Shown: positions 7,383 to 16,526 of the stretch, one piece after another
Numbering within the stretch: the stretch's first letter is position 1
How the letters are laid out: the number at the start of each line of letters is the position of its first letter
NCBI GenBank assembly: GCA_045863295.1
Contig: BTWA01000056.1
Coordinates: forward strand, 1 to 25,417
From: Candidatus Hydrogenedentota bacterium
Lineage (GTDB): Bacteria; Hydrogenedentota; Hydrogenedentia; Hydrogenedentales; SLHB01
Reading direction: 5' to 3'
DNA length: 25,417 bases
Made by a program: the position numbers and the translations under genes
The notes under the pieces: generated by a model
Told to the model about the DNA's origin: nothing
What the model saw: the letters and a program-made list of their open reading frames with translations, nothing else
The model's database searches: none

Positions 7383-8312
7383 TTAGTAAACGGGCGTGCA
7401 CCAGTGCGCGTATCCGGGCACTTTACCCATTACGACGTCAAAATACAGGTCTTGGAGTCGCTTCGAAACGGGGCCGGGTTCGCCTGAGCCCACCACCCGG
7501 CGGTCCACCGAACGGACCGGGGCGACTTGTGCGCCGGTGCCGGTGAAGAAGAGTTCGTCACAGACATAGAGTTCGGTACGCGATATGGGCCGTTCAATCA
7601 CTTCGAGGCGGAGCGAATTGCGCGCCAACTCGATGACGGTGTTGCGGGTGATACCGACGAGGATGTCGTCGGTGGGCGGCGAGGTGATGAGTTTGCCGTC
7701 GAGGACCATGAAGAGGTTCATGGCGCTGCCTTCGGCGACGGTGCCGTTTTCGCGGAGAAAAATCGCCTCATCGAACCCGCCCAACTTGGCTTCCGTGGAG
7801 GCCAGCGAAGAATTGATATAGCTGCCGGTGCTTTTGGCACGGCTTGGAATGGAGTTATCGCCCAGGCGTCGCCAGGACGAGACCGCCACGTCCAAGCCAG
7901 ACACGGTGTCGACGTAGTCACCGAGTTTGATGATGTAGCAGCAGAAGGCGCTTTCCACGTCGTGGAGCTTGGGCCCGAGGGAACACTCGCTTTTATATCC
8001 GATGGGGCGTATGTAGACACCCTCGCGAAATCCGCTCTTCTTGACGATGTCAACGCAAATGCGCTCCATATCGTCCCGGCTTTCGGGGATGCTGATATGG
8101 AGAATATTAAAATTTCGGGCAAGCCGGTCGATGTGTTCCTTGAGGCGGAAGATCAGTACGTTATTGTCTTCGGAGCGGTACCCCCGGATGCCTTCGAAGA
8201 GGGCTGTACCGTAGTTGAAGGCGTGGGTCATGATACTGATGTTTGCTTCGCCGGAGGGGACAAACGCGCCGTTGAGATACGCATACGCGCCCGGTTCCAT
8301 TTTCTTGGCCAT
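7383..8312 (-). CDS. ilvE: Branched-chain amino acid aminotransferase (PLP fold IV)
   Basis: FNYGTALFEGIRGY, HIDRL, YIRP, PLP-lysine region AKSTGSYINS, EGSAMNLF, ILVGITR, ELFFTGTGAQVAPV. Confidence 0.93.
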   Translation of the reverse strand: MAKKMEPGAYAYLNGAFVPSGEANISIMTHAFNYGTALFEGIRGYRSEDNNVLIFRLKEHIDRLARNFNILHISIPESRDDMERICVDIVKKSGFREGVYIRPIGYKSECSLGPKLHDVESAFCCYIIKLGDYVDTVSGLDVAVSSWRRLGDNSIPSRAKSTGSYINSSLASTEAKLGGFDEAIFLRENGTVAEGSAMNLFMVLDGKLITSPPTDDILVGITRNTVIELARNSLRLEVIERPISRTELYVCDELFFTGTGAQVAPVRSVDRRVVGSGEPGPVSKRLQDLYFDVVMGKVPGYAHWCTPVY

Positions 8313-8439
8313 ATCGACTCCAGACTCCCTGGCTTAATAGTTGCCCTTCATGTTTCCGCCCATTCCCCCCGCCATGCGCACGGGATACCCGTAACCAATT
8401 GCCAATGGATGAGTTGCCCACAGTCTGAACGGAATGGAT

Positions 8440-8469
8440 ATAGTACGCTGATGGGATGGGCAGGTTCAA
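8440..8469 (-). promoter_or_regulatory. Putative sigma70 promoter for ilvE-BMC-T
   Basis: Minus strand TTGAAC (8464-8469), 18 nt, TACTAT (8440-8445). Confidence 0.4.
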
Positions 8470-8529
8470 AAATCATTTAATGTAGGCATTAGAGATGGTC
8501 ATCACAATTTGCTAACAATCACAATCCGG

Positions 8530-9879
8530 CTATTGACTGGGCGGCTTGCTCGCTCTACGTACAGCGGCGTCCAGCCCGTCGTCAACAGGAAGTTGCTCCA
8601 CAGAAAAACCCGGATTGTCTTGGCCGACGAGGAATACGGAATTCACTTCGTATGTGTTGCCGTCCACATTAAATCGAAGCGGTTGACCGTCGAATGGGTC
8701 CAATGGCACGGATTCCAGGTAATCAGGAACAAGGTCGTCGAGACCATTGGGGAGGGCGCCATGTTGCGCGCGGAACCGCTCGATGGCCAAGGTGGTCATG
8801 ACGATCCGGGAATGTGTCTCATTTCTGGCAAGCCATGAAGCGGCACTTCGACACTCGGTTGCCGCGAGTTTTCCAAACGTGCTGTGTCGGGATTTTTCAA
8901 TCTCATCGGATAACTGTTCTGTGAACCGAATCAATTCCGGCCAGGTGCCTGAATTGTGCTCAAGTACCTGCCGGTAGATGCCCATTGTCTCATTCTCGTA
9001 GATTTTGCGTTGTGTGAGTTGCCTCTCTGGTGAAAGCGATCGGTATTCCAAACGCACTTTTCCAAAAACCATCTCAAGAGTGTTTTCATTCAGAGACTGC
9101 TCAATGCTGTGAGGTATTGAACAGACACCCCAAACCATTCGCTTTTCAAAACTAATTCTATAATCGTGCGCCGCGTACAGCGCCAGAAGCTCGGCCAGCA
9201 TAACAGGGTCAAAGGTTCGCCAATTCAGTACTTCCAACACGGTATGCTTCGAGATTGCTAAACAGCGCCAACCCACGCTTTGCGTAAAGAAGTCAGGGGT
9301 GTTGAAACAGGCCATGGCAATGCGCATGGCTCACGTCTGGCTTTCCAGCACGGATGATCCATCACCCGCTACACTGGCATAACGCGTGTTTAACCCGTCC
9401 AGTTTCGCGAGCAGCCATAATTCCTTGAGCGGTTGCGGCGGAGTTAAATTAGCGATATTAAAGTGTATTTTTGGTTTCGCGTCGCCCGCTCTCAAAAGTT
9501 CCACGACTTGGGAACATGACCCCAAAAAAGTACCTGCGCTTTTGATCTATTCGTCAGGATACGGCAAATCACGCTGGGAACCTTTCAGCAATTCATCCAA
9601 TGCATATAGACGCTTGCCAGAAGGATCGATCGATTGAAGCAATTTAAGCGCGTCCAGATACAACGGAGCCGCGTTGTCTTCGAGGGAAATAACGCCGTAC
9701 CACGACTGCAATTCCTCTAATGTGACGGGGTATCCCAACGCCTGGATCTCATGTCTCGTGGATTCGAGTTCGGCTACCACCTCGCGAAAAGACGGGCTGC
9801 AACCGACTGCGACCGCAATCCAAACGGGTACTGTCCAACATTGAAGAAAGTCCATTATTCGTCGCAGGTTTCTTGTCAT
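8530..9879 (-). pseudogene. Interrupted lipoprotein paralogue of 9876..11213 with two in-frame stops
   Basis: ORFs 9547..9879, 9331..9525 and 8530..9327 share one frame, separated by TAG 9547-9549 and TGA 9331-9333. Joined length is 449 codons; shares GYPxTLEEL..WY...NAA..Y and LVPxY...VPxDPFD..PL motifs with its neighbour; lipobox AVGC. Confidence 0.85.
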
Positions 9880-11213
9880 CGCAACACACGGAACGGGAAG
9901 TCGCCTTTAACGACTTCCGCACTGTGGTCAAAGTCGACTCCCCCCTCATCGGCCTTGTCCATGTACACAGAGTACACCACGTACCCCACAGGCAATCGTT
10001 TGTACTTCAACGGTTTGTCATCAAAGGGGTCTTTGGGAACGGCCTGGAAGTACTCGGGAACCATTTCCAGCAGGTCCACGGGGAGGCGGTTGCGTTTGTT
10101 GCGGAATTGTTCGATGGATGTGGCAATGGCCGCCGTACGGTTTGCGGCGGCGTCGCGGGCGAAGGCGGCGACGGAGCGGGTAATCATGTCGGCAATCGAT
10201 CCTGCCATCAGACTATTCTCTGACCGGAGGGCCAGATCGACCTGTCCTCCCGCATCGAGAATTTCGGGCCAGGATTTGGATTTCGCGTTGAGAATGGGGT
10301 CGAAAGCACGGAGATACGCGATTTCTTCCTCAAGAAGCGACTGATTTTCACTTGCCCTGGCTGCATTCATCACTGACTGTTTCAGGCTTTCTGAAACGAA
10401 AAGATTCTCGTGTGCTTCTACGTCGAGTTCTCCCGTATAGATCGCATGTATATTGGACGCTCCAAATATACGCTCGCCGACGTAAGCGCGTTCGTACGAT
10501 TCTTTCGTTTCCGTGTCACGATGAATTTTCCGTAGTTCGACAAGCGCAGTATCCGGTATGGCATAGCGGCTCATGGTTTCTTGCAGGTTTGTGAAGGCAA
10601 CTTGCCGGACAGCGATCCATACAAGTTGGGAGATGAGCGTAGGTTCCATGGCAAGCGAATCGGCGACGGCGAAGATTTGGCGGTGATATTCGGTGTAGGC
10701 GTCGAAGTCGCCGGCGGCGGCGGACTGGTAAGCGGCCAATGACACCAAGCGTCCCGCACTTCGGGCGGTGCCCAGGTGGGGGAATTCGACGATGAAGCCC
10801 TTATTCAAATCGATGGGATAACGCGATTTCGACTTTGCGGAGGCTACTTTGATTTTCTCCAACGGGGCGGCGGATTGATCCAGGTGGCCTTTGACTTCCG
10901 CCAGCCAATCTTCGGGGAATGGCACTCCGCGCGGCAAAGAATCGGGGCGCAACACCAGCGATTCCAGTTTGTTGCCGCCGGGATCGGTACCTTCCATGAG
11001 TTCAAACGCTGCGATGTAGTCGACGGCGGCATTTTCGGGGTCGGGGACAGGGGCATACCAGGCGTTCAACTCCTCCAAGGTAGCCGGGTAACCCGCGGAT
11101 CTGATTTCTTGGTGGAGCTGTTCCAGGCCGACCGCGGCCGGGGATCCGCTCTTGGAACAAGAGACTGTGAGCATCGCTCCGAGAACTGCGGCAGACACAA
11201 ACGTCATTTTCAT
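9876..11213 (-). CDS. Uncharacterised helical lipoprotein with GspG/pseudopilin-like C-terminal motif
   Basis: Signal with lipobox-like TVSC; AAGGA RBS; C-terminal IEQFRNKRNRLP.DL.EMVPEYFQAVPKDPFDDKPLKY...YVVYSV. Confidence 0.8.
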   Translation of the reverse strand: MKMTFVSAAVLGAMLTVSCSKSGSPAAVGLEQLHQEIRSAGYPATLEELNAWYAPVPDPENAAVDYIAAFELMEGTDPGGNKLESLVLRPDSLPRGVPFPEDWLAEVKGHLDQSAAPLEKIKVASAKSKSRYPIDLNKGFIVEFPHLGTARSAGRLVSLAAYQSAAAGDFDAYTEYHRQIFAVADSLAMEPTLISQLVWIAVRQVAFTNLQETMSRYAIPDTALVELRKIHRDTETKESYERAYVGERIFGASNIHAIYTGELDVEAHENLFVSESLKQSVMNAARASENQSLLEEEIAYLRAFDPILNAKSKSWPEILDAGGQVDLALRSENSLMAGSIADMITRSVAAFARDAAANRTAAIATSIEQFRNKRNRLPVDLLEMVPEYFQAVPKDPFDDKPLKYKRLPVGYVVYSVYMDKADEGGVDFDHSAEVVKGDFPFRVLR

Positions 11214-11316
11214 GGAGCTATCCTTGTGGCATCGCTCGCGCGGTTATATCTCAGGGCCGATACATCACTATACCTTGCATACCTCAGGGAGATCACGATG
11301 TCACGTGAGAGGCGTT

Positions 11317-11943
11317 TCACGGCGAGGTGCGTTGGATTTGCAGGAGACGATCCATCAGTTTTGCCGTTGCAAGTTCGAGGTCAAGCGTCTCCGGGATGAC
11401 GCAGTCCGCCCGGTTTTTTTGCGGCAATACCCATTCCAGGGCCATGGGCCACACTTGGGAATCAAACTGAATGCGCACACATTCGGGAGTTCGCCCTCGT
11501 TCACCCAAATCGCGGTCCAAGCGTCGTTTCAGACACGTGTCACGGGCGGCATCCATGTATACAGACAGGCTGGCTCGTGCCCGGATTGAGCTATTGAATA
11601 AGGCGTGAATACCTTCGAGAACCAGCCAAGGGGCCGGTTCATATTCCTGGGTATTGGTACACCGAGCATGATCGGCAAACGAGTACACAGGAACGTGTAC
11701 CGTCTCCCCAGACATGAGTTTGTTGATATGCGAAATCAATAAGTGCCACTCCAGGGAGTCGGGATGGTCAAAATTGCACTTTGCGCGTTCTGAATGGGCG
11801 AGATGGCTCATGTCGCGATAGTAAGCGTCCATGGGAAGAATTGTTGCGTTCGAGACTCCCAATTGGGACCGCAGTGCGGCCGCCAACGTAGACTTGCCGC
11901 TTCCGGATGGCCCTGCAATGAGGATTAGTTTTGTTTTGGTCAC
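11317..11943 (-). CDS. udk: Uridine kinase
   Basis: IAGPSGSGKST, DAYY, NFDHPDS, LEGI, RRLDRD..ERGR, ADCVIP; GTG 11943 chosen as start. Confidence 0.9.
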   Translation of the reverse strand: MTKTKLILIAGPSGSGKSTLAAALRSQLGVSNATILPMDAYYRDMSHLAHSERAKCNFDHPDSLEWHLLISHINKLMSGETVHVPVYSFADHARCTNTQEYEPAPWLVLEGIHALFNSSIRARASLSVYMDAARDTCLKRRLDRDLGERGRTPECVRIQFDSQVWPMALEWVLPQKNRADCVIPETLDLELATAKLMDRLLQIQRTSP

Positions 11944-11946
11944 TTT

Positions 11947-11975
11947 TTGCGCAAACCTCGCGAAACCGGTATAAT
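11947..11975 (+). promoter_or_regulatory. Sigma70-type promoter of the ybaB-fmt operon
   Basis: TTGCGC (11947-11952), 17 nt, TATAAT (11970-11975); GGAGGT RBS at 12015-12020. Confidence 0.7.
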
Positions 11976-12026
11976 TCCGCCCTTGTTCCGCGCTTATTTT
12001 ACACCGATGCACTGGGAGGTTGAATT

Positions 12027-12365
12027 GTGTTTCCAAAAGGATTGGGCGGCTTGGGCGATATGGCCAACATGATGAAGACGGCCATGGAAATGAAAGGCCG
12101 CATGGAACAAATGAAGGAGCAACTGGCGAACGAGACCGTCGAGGCCTCGTCGGGCGGTGGCATGGTTAAAGTCGTCATGACGGGCAAGATGCAGTTGGTT
12201 TCCCTGGAAATCGACCCCGAGATCATCAACAAAGACGAAAAGGAAATGCTGGAAACACTGGTTCGTGCCGCGGTCAATGAGGGTGTAGAAAAGGTTCAGG
12301 CCGTGCTGCAGAGCAAAATGCGGGAAGTGGCGGGCGGTATCGACATTCCCGGACTGACCTCGTAA
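12027..12365 (+). CDS. ybaB: YbaB/EbfC nucleoid-associated protein
   Basis: VEASSGGGMVKVVMTG, IDPEII..D.KEMLETLVRAAVNE, Met/Gly-rich termini. Confidence 0.95.
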   Translation: MFPKGLGGLGDMANMMKTAMEMKGRMEQMKEQLANETVEASSGGGMVKVVMTGKMQLVSLEIDPEIINKDEKEMLETLVRAAVNEGVEKVQAVLQSKMREVAGGIDIPGLTS

Positions 12366-12394
12366 TCCACTGACCGAACGGGAAGGCCCTGTCT

Positions 12395-13351
12395 GTGCGC
12401 ATTGTGTTTTTCGGGACTCCCGATATCGCCGTTCCGACGCTTGAGGCTGTTCATGCGAGTCATGAAATCGCTGCCGTGGTGTGCCAGCCTGACCGTCCCA
12501 AAGGCCGAGGCAACAAGGTGGAGCCTCCGGCGACCAAAGTCTGGGCTGCGAATCACGGAATTCCCATACTTCAGCCAACCAAGCTCAACGACGGCACCTT
12601 TGCGTCTTGGCTACGAGAACAGCGCCCCGACGCGGGTGTGTTGATTGCGTACGGGCGCATTCTTAAGCAACCGATATTGGACATTCCGCGATTGGGCATT
12701 CTGAACCTGCATCCCAGTCTGTTGCCCCACTACCGCGGCCCTTCCCCGATTCAATCGGCCTTGCTGAACGGCGAGTCTGTGACAGGGGTCACGATCATGC
12801 GGCTTTCCCTTGAAATGGATGCCGGAGACATCGCGCTTCAGGAGACGGAGCATATTTCGGAGGACGATACCGGCATCACCTTGTCGGCGCGGCTTGCCCG
12901 CACTGGCGCGGCGTTGATGTTGAAGGCATTGGACTTGGTCGAATCCGGCCAAACTGTGTGGCGAAAGCAGGATGGGAGTCGGGCCACGTACTGCCGCCTG
13001 ATAGAAAAGAGAGACGGTCAAATTGACTGGTCGCGGTCCGCGACCGAAATTCACAATCTGGTACGAGGCGCGCAACCTTGGCCGGTTGCTCATTGCCTGT
13101 TTCGGGGTGACGTGTGCCGCATCCATAAAACGGCCACTGCGGAAGGGACGAGCACGTTGATACCGGGCACCATTGAGTCGGTGGAAAAGGAGCGTATTCT
13201 GGTGGCGACGGGCGCAGGACGGATCGCGGTGCTGGAGATCCAAATTCCGGGCAAGCGCGCAATGTCGCTTGAAGAATATGGTCGAGGCAAACCCTTGCAT
13301 GTAGGCGAAATGTTTTCCAGCTTGGGCGGAAACGAGGTGAACAGGTGTTAG
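12395..13351 (+). CDS. fmt: Methionyl-tRNA formyltransferase
   Basis: RIVFFGTPDIA, QPDRPKGRG, NLHPSLLPHYRGPSPIQ, TGVTIM...MDAGDI. Confidence 0.97.
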   Translation: MRIVFFGTPDIAVPTLEAVHASHEIAAVVCQPDRPKGRGNKVEPPATKVWAANHGIPILQPTKLNDGTFASWLREQRPDAGVLIAYGRILKQPILDIPRLGILNLHPSLLPHYRGPSPIQSALLNGESVTGVTIMRLSLEMDAGDIALQETEHISEDDTGITLSARLARTGAALMLKALDLVESGQTVWRKQDGSRATYCRLIEKRDGQIDWSRSATEIHNLVRGAQPWPVAHCLFRGDVCRIHKTATAEGTSTLIPGTIESVEKERILVATGAGRIAVLEIQIPGKRAMSLEEYGRGKPLHVGEMFSSLGGNEVNRC

Positions 13352-13504
13352 CGATTTGCAGGCATGTACTCCATCGATGCTGTCGCGTGTCCTGGGGTGT
13401 GTCCGGTTTCACACTCCTTTTTGGGATGCTTGCGGTGCCTTTGCCTGGCACTTCGATGCGGCTGCTTCTTTGGCTTCCTTCCGGTCGCACCCTGGTATCG
13501 AATC

Positions 13505-14839
13505 ATGCCGGTTGATGCTGTCCGCGATGCGGCGATCGACGTGCTGTTGCGCGTGCTTGACAATGGCGCCTACATCCAGTTGGCGATAGACCGTAAGTTG
13601 CGGCGCCGGGCGATGTCTCCGCGAGGGCGGCGATTCTTCACACAGTTGGTGTACGGCGTTGTCCGCCACGTGCGCCTTTGCGATCATGTGCTGAAGCCAC
13701 TTCTTCACCAGCCGATCCATGAGTTGCCCCATCCAATCTTGATGATATTGCGCATGGGCGTATATCAGTCGATTTTCTTGAATCAGGTCACGTTTCCGGC
13801 GATGGTGCACACCAGTGTCGACTTGGCCAAGAAGCGGGGCCACATTGGCATGGCCAACCTGGTGAACGCTGTTTTGAAGCGCGTGCCGCAAACCCTGGAT
13901 GGGCTTGTGTTCCCGGATAAGGAAAAGGAGTTTGTCCGGCATGTCGGCATCCGCTATTCGCTTCCGAACTGGTTGGTTCAGCGTTGGCAGAACGAATTGG
14001 GTAGGGACGAGTGCGAATCCCTCGCCTTGGCGCTAAATTGCGAAGCGCCAATTGCCCTTCGGGTGAACCGCCGCCTATCCAACCTCAAAGATGTACAGAA
14101 CCACTTGGAGAAGAACGGTTGCGCTGTGGAGAAACGCACGGTGGTGCCCGAGGAATTGACAGTCGTATCGGGGGATCCGCTTCATACGAAAGGGTTCGAA
14201 CGGGGCTGGTTCACGGTTCAGGATCCCGCTTCCATGCTGGCGGCGCATTTGTTGGAACCCATGGAGCCTTGCCGGGTATTGGACCTGTGTGCGGCTCCGG
14301 GGTCGAAAACAACGCATCTTGCGGAGCGTGCTCCGGACCAAGTTCCGATTGTTGCATGCGACATTCATCCCGGCAAGGCGGATTTGATCCGTCAGGCCGC
14401 GGAGCGGCTTCAGCTCGGAAACATTCATGTGTTTTGCGGCGACGGCGCCCGTCCGGCGGTGCGTGGGTCCTTCGATCGGATTCTGGTGGATGCGCCTTGC
14501 ACGGGCCTTGGTACATTACGGCGCAGGCCGGATTTGAAGTGGCGGGTACAGCCGGAAGATCCCATGAAATTGGCGGAATTGCAGATCGCGCTATTGCGGT
14601 CGGCAATCCAACTTTGCGAGAATAACGGCCTTATCGTGTATTCGGTGTGCACCACGACACCGGAAGAAACAGATCAGGTCTTGCAGACCGTCGTCTCGTC
14701 GGAACCTGTTGTTCCCGAAGATGGTCCGGATTGGTTGCATCCTTGGAAAACGAAAACGGGAACATATCGTCTGAGCCCTCATCGCGAGCCTATGGACGGC
14801 TTTTTCTTGACGCGATTGCGGAAATCATCCTCCGTGTAA
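13505..14839 (+). CDS. rsmB: 16S rRNA m5C967 methyltransferase (Sun/RsmB) with NusB-like N-terminus
   Basis: LVYGVVR, NAVLKR, VQDPASM, DLCAAPGSKT, DAPCTGLG, YSVCT, MDGFFLTRL; start taken at MPVDAVR. Confidence 0.93.
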   Translation: MPVDAVRDAAIDVLLRVLDNGAYIQLAIDRKLRRRAMSPRGRRFFTQLVYGVVRHVRLCDHVLKPLLHQPIHELPHPILMILRMGVYQSIFLNQVTFPAMVHTSVDLAKKRGHIGMANLVNAVLKRVPQTLDGLVFPDKEKEFVRHVGIRYSLPNWLVQRWQNELGRDECESLALALNCEAPIALRVNRRLSNLKDVQNHLEKNGCAVEKRTVVPEELTVVSGDPLHTKGFERGWFTVQDPASMLAAHLLEPMEPCRVLDLCAAPGSKTTHLAERAPDQVPIVACDIHPGKADLIRQAAERLQLGNIHVFCGDGARPAVRGSFDRILVDAPCTGLGTLRRRPDLKWRVQPEDPMKLAELQIALLRSAIQLCENNGLIVYSVCTTTPEETDQVLQTVVSSEPVVPEDGPDWLHPWKTKTGTYRLSPHREPMDGFFLTRLRKSSSV

Positions 14840-15885
14840 CGGCGTTCATTTTTGGCTTTTTCTGGTGGGTAACGCGCTGGAGCTTTGCCACGGTGGTTTT
14901 CCTTGCCATCATGGCGGCGGCGGGTTATTACGTATTCAGTCAGGCGGTCGCCGGAGGCGATTACGTGCAAGTGCCGGACGTGTTTGACGTATCGCCGACG
15001 CAGGCCGAGCAGATGCTGGCGGAAGCGGGACTTCAAATGGGGCCTCAGAAGTTTGTATACAGCGAGAAGTTTCCAGAAAACCGCGTTATCCAGCAAGTGC
15101 CTGCCGCCGGAGAGGTTGTTCGTAAGGGTCGCAAAGTCTACCCAACGGTAAGCCGTGGAGCCGAAGCCATTACGGTGCCCGACGTGCAGGGTCAAACCCG
15201 CGATGCCGCGGTCGCACTCATTCAGGAAGCGAATTTCACTACCGGCAGTACGGCGCGCATGACTTCCAATCTACCCGTGGATACGGTAATCAGTCAGGAT
15301 CCAGCCCCCGGCCGCCCGTTGACGGTGGGCGGAGAGATTCATCTGCTTTTGAGTGCGGGCGCGGTGGCCGACGACGCGACCTATATGCCGAGCCTCAAAG
15401 GGATGGACATCGAAGAGGCCCTCGTCGCCTTGCTGGAGTTGGGACTTACGGTCGACCAGGAACCTGTATTTGACGACGAAGCCGCCGAGGGAATTGTCTT
15501 GGGGCAACGCCCTGCGCCCGGCAATCTCATACGCCCCGGGCAACGCGTGGCCATTCAAGTCCGCGCGGAAGGGCAATCCCGCAAGGTCGAGGTGACGTAC
15601 ACGGTTCCATTCACATGGGTCGCGAAGGAAGTGCGGATCGACGCCATCGGAAGTGACGGCAGCCGTACGACGGTTTTTCCCTTGCCGGACCGGGACTACG
15701 TGAACGGGCAGCCGCCGCGCTTTAACCAAGGCGCGCAGATTACGCAACCCTTTGAATTCAGCGGCGAGTTGACCGTGGAAATATTTTTGGACGGAGCCAA
15801 GGTGCGTTCGTACTATTACGAAGGCGAAGGCGAACCCGTAATTGAAGATTTCGATGCGGAAGTGACTGAGGACAGTAATGCCTGA
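14743..15885 (+). CDS. Membrane-anchored PASTA-domain protein (3 repeats, no kinase domain)
   Basis: N-terminal TM segment, then VPDVF.., VPDVQG.., MPSLKG.. repeats with VIQQVP/VISQDP/VLGQRP; start uncertain. Confidence 0.85.
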   Translation: MENENGNISSEPSSRAYGRLFLDAIAEIILRVTAFIFGFFWWVTRWSFATVVFLAIMAAAGYYVFSQAVAGGDYVQVPDVFDVSPTQAEQMLAEAGLQMGPQKFVYSEKFPENRVIQQVPAAGEVVRKGRKVYPTVSRGAEAITVPDVQGQTRDAAVALIQEANFTTGSTARMTSNLPVDTVISQDPAPGRPLTVGGEIHLLLSAGAVADDATYMPSLKGMDIEEALVALLELGLTVDQEPVFDDEAAEGIVLGQRPAPGNLIRPGQRVAIQVRAEGQSRKVEVTYTVPFTWVAKEVRIDAIGSDGSRTTVFPLPDRDYVNGQPPRFNQGAQITQPFEFSGELTVEIFLDGAKVRSYYYEGEGEPVIEDFDAEVTEDSNA

Positions 15886-16525
15886 CTTAAAAATCGCCCC
15901 ATCCATTCTCTCGAGTGATTTTAGCCGCTTGGGAGAGGAAGTCCGGTCCGTCATTGAAGCCGGCGCAGATTGGATTCATGTCGATGTGATGGATGGCCAC
16001 TTTACACCGAATATTACCATCGGGCCTCCCGTGGTGGCCGCCTTGCGTCAGCACAGCAGCGTGCCGCTCGATGTGCACCTAATGATTACGAACCCTGAAG
16101 AGTATGTTGAATCGTTTGCCGACGCGGGTGCGGACATTATTTCCTTTCACGTGGAAACCGTAACTCATCCACACCGCTTGATATCGCGCATCAAGGATCT
16201 GGGGTGTAGAGCCGGCATCGTTCTGAATCCTGGCACGTCGCAAGATGACATTGAATACCTTGTCGACAGTGTGGACATGGTTCTTGTAATGACGGTGAAC
16301 CCCGGCTTTGGCGGTCAGCAGTTCATACCGGAAATGCTTCGGAAGATTCAGTACGTCCGGGCCATGCTGGGTGATCGGGATCTGGAAGTGGACGGGGGTA
16401 TCAACGCCGAAACCGCGAAGCAGGTAATTGAAGCCGGCGCGAATGTTCTTGTTGCAGGATCGTATGTGTACGGCAGCGCATCGTACCTGGAGGCTATAGA
16501 ATCCCTCAAAGCGCCTTTGGATTGA
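15878..16525 (+). CDS. rpe: Ribulose-phosphate 3-epimerase
   Basis: IAPSILSSDF, HVDVMDGHF.PNITIG, DVHLMI, VLVMTVNPGFGGQ, EVDGGI, VAGS. Confidence 0.97.
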   Translation: MPDLKIAPSILSSDFSRLGEEVRSVIEAGADWIHVDVMDGHFTPNITIGPPVVAALRQHSSVPLDVHLMITNPEEYVESFADAGADIISFHVETVTHPHRLISRIKDLGCRAGIVLNPGTSQDDIEYLVDSVDMVLVMTVNPGFGGQQFIPEMLRKIQYVRAMLGDRDLEVDGGINAETAKQVIEAGANVLVAGSYVYGSASYLEAIESLKAPLD

Positions 16526-16526
16526 G

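Noticed and set aside
6515..8480. Long plus-strand ORFs (6515..7363, 7527..8480), also 19019..20149 and 20312..21148
   Set aside because: Antisense shadows of well-supported genes, expected in GC-rich DNA
8530..9879. Stop-codon reassignment, selenocysteine or pyrrolysine
   Set aside because: The interruptions use different stops, while TGA (rpe, modC), TAG (BMC-P, BMC-H) and TAA (ilvE, AldDH) all terminate conserved genes at expected positions
11944..12036. N-terminal extension of Udk overlapping ybaB
   Set aside because: It spans the divergent promoter region; the P-loop position favours GTG 11943
13364..13504. Cys-rich 47-aa N-terminal extension of RsmB
   Set aside because: Homology starts at MPVDAVR (13505); the extension looks like fortuitously open intergenic sequence
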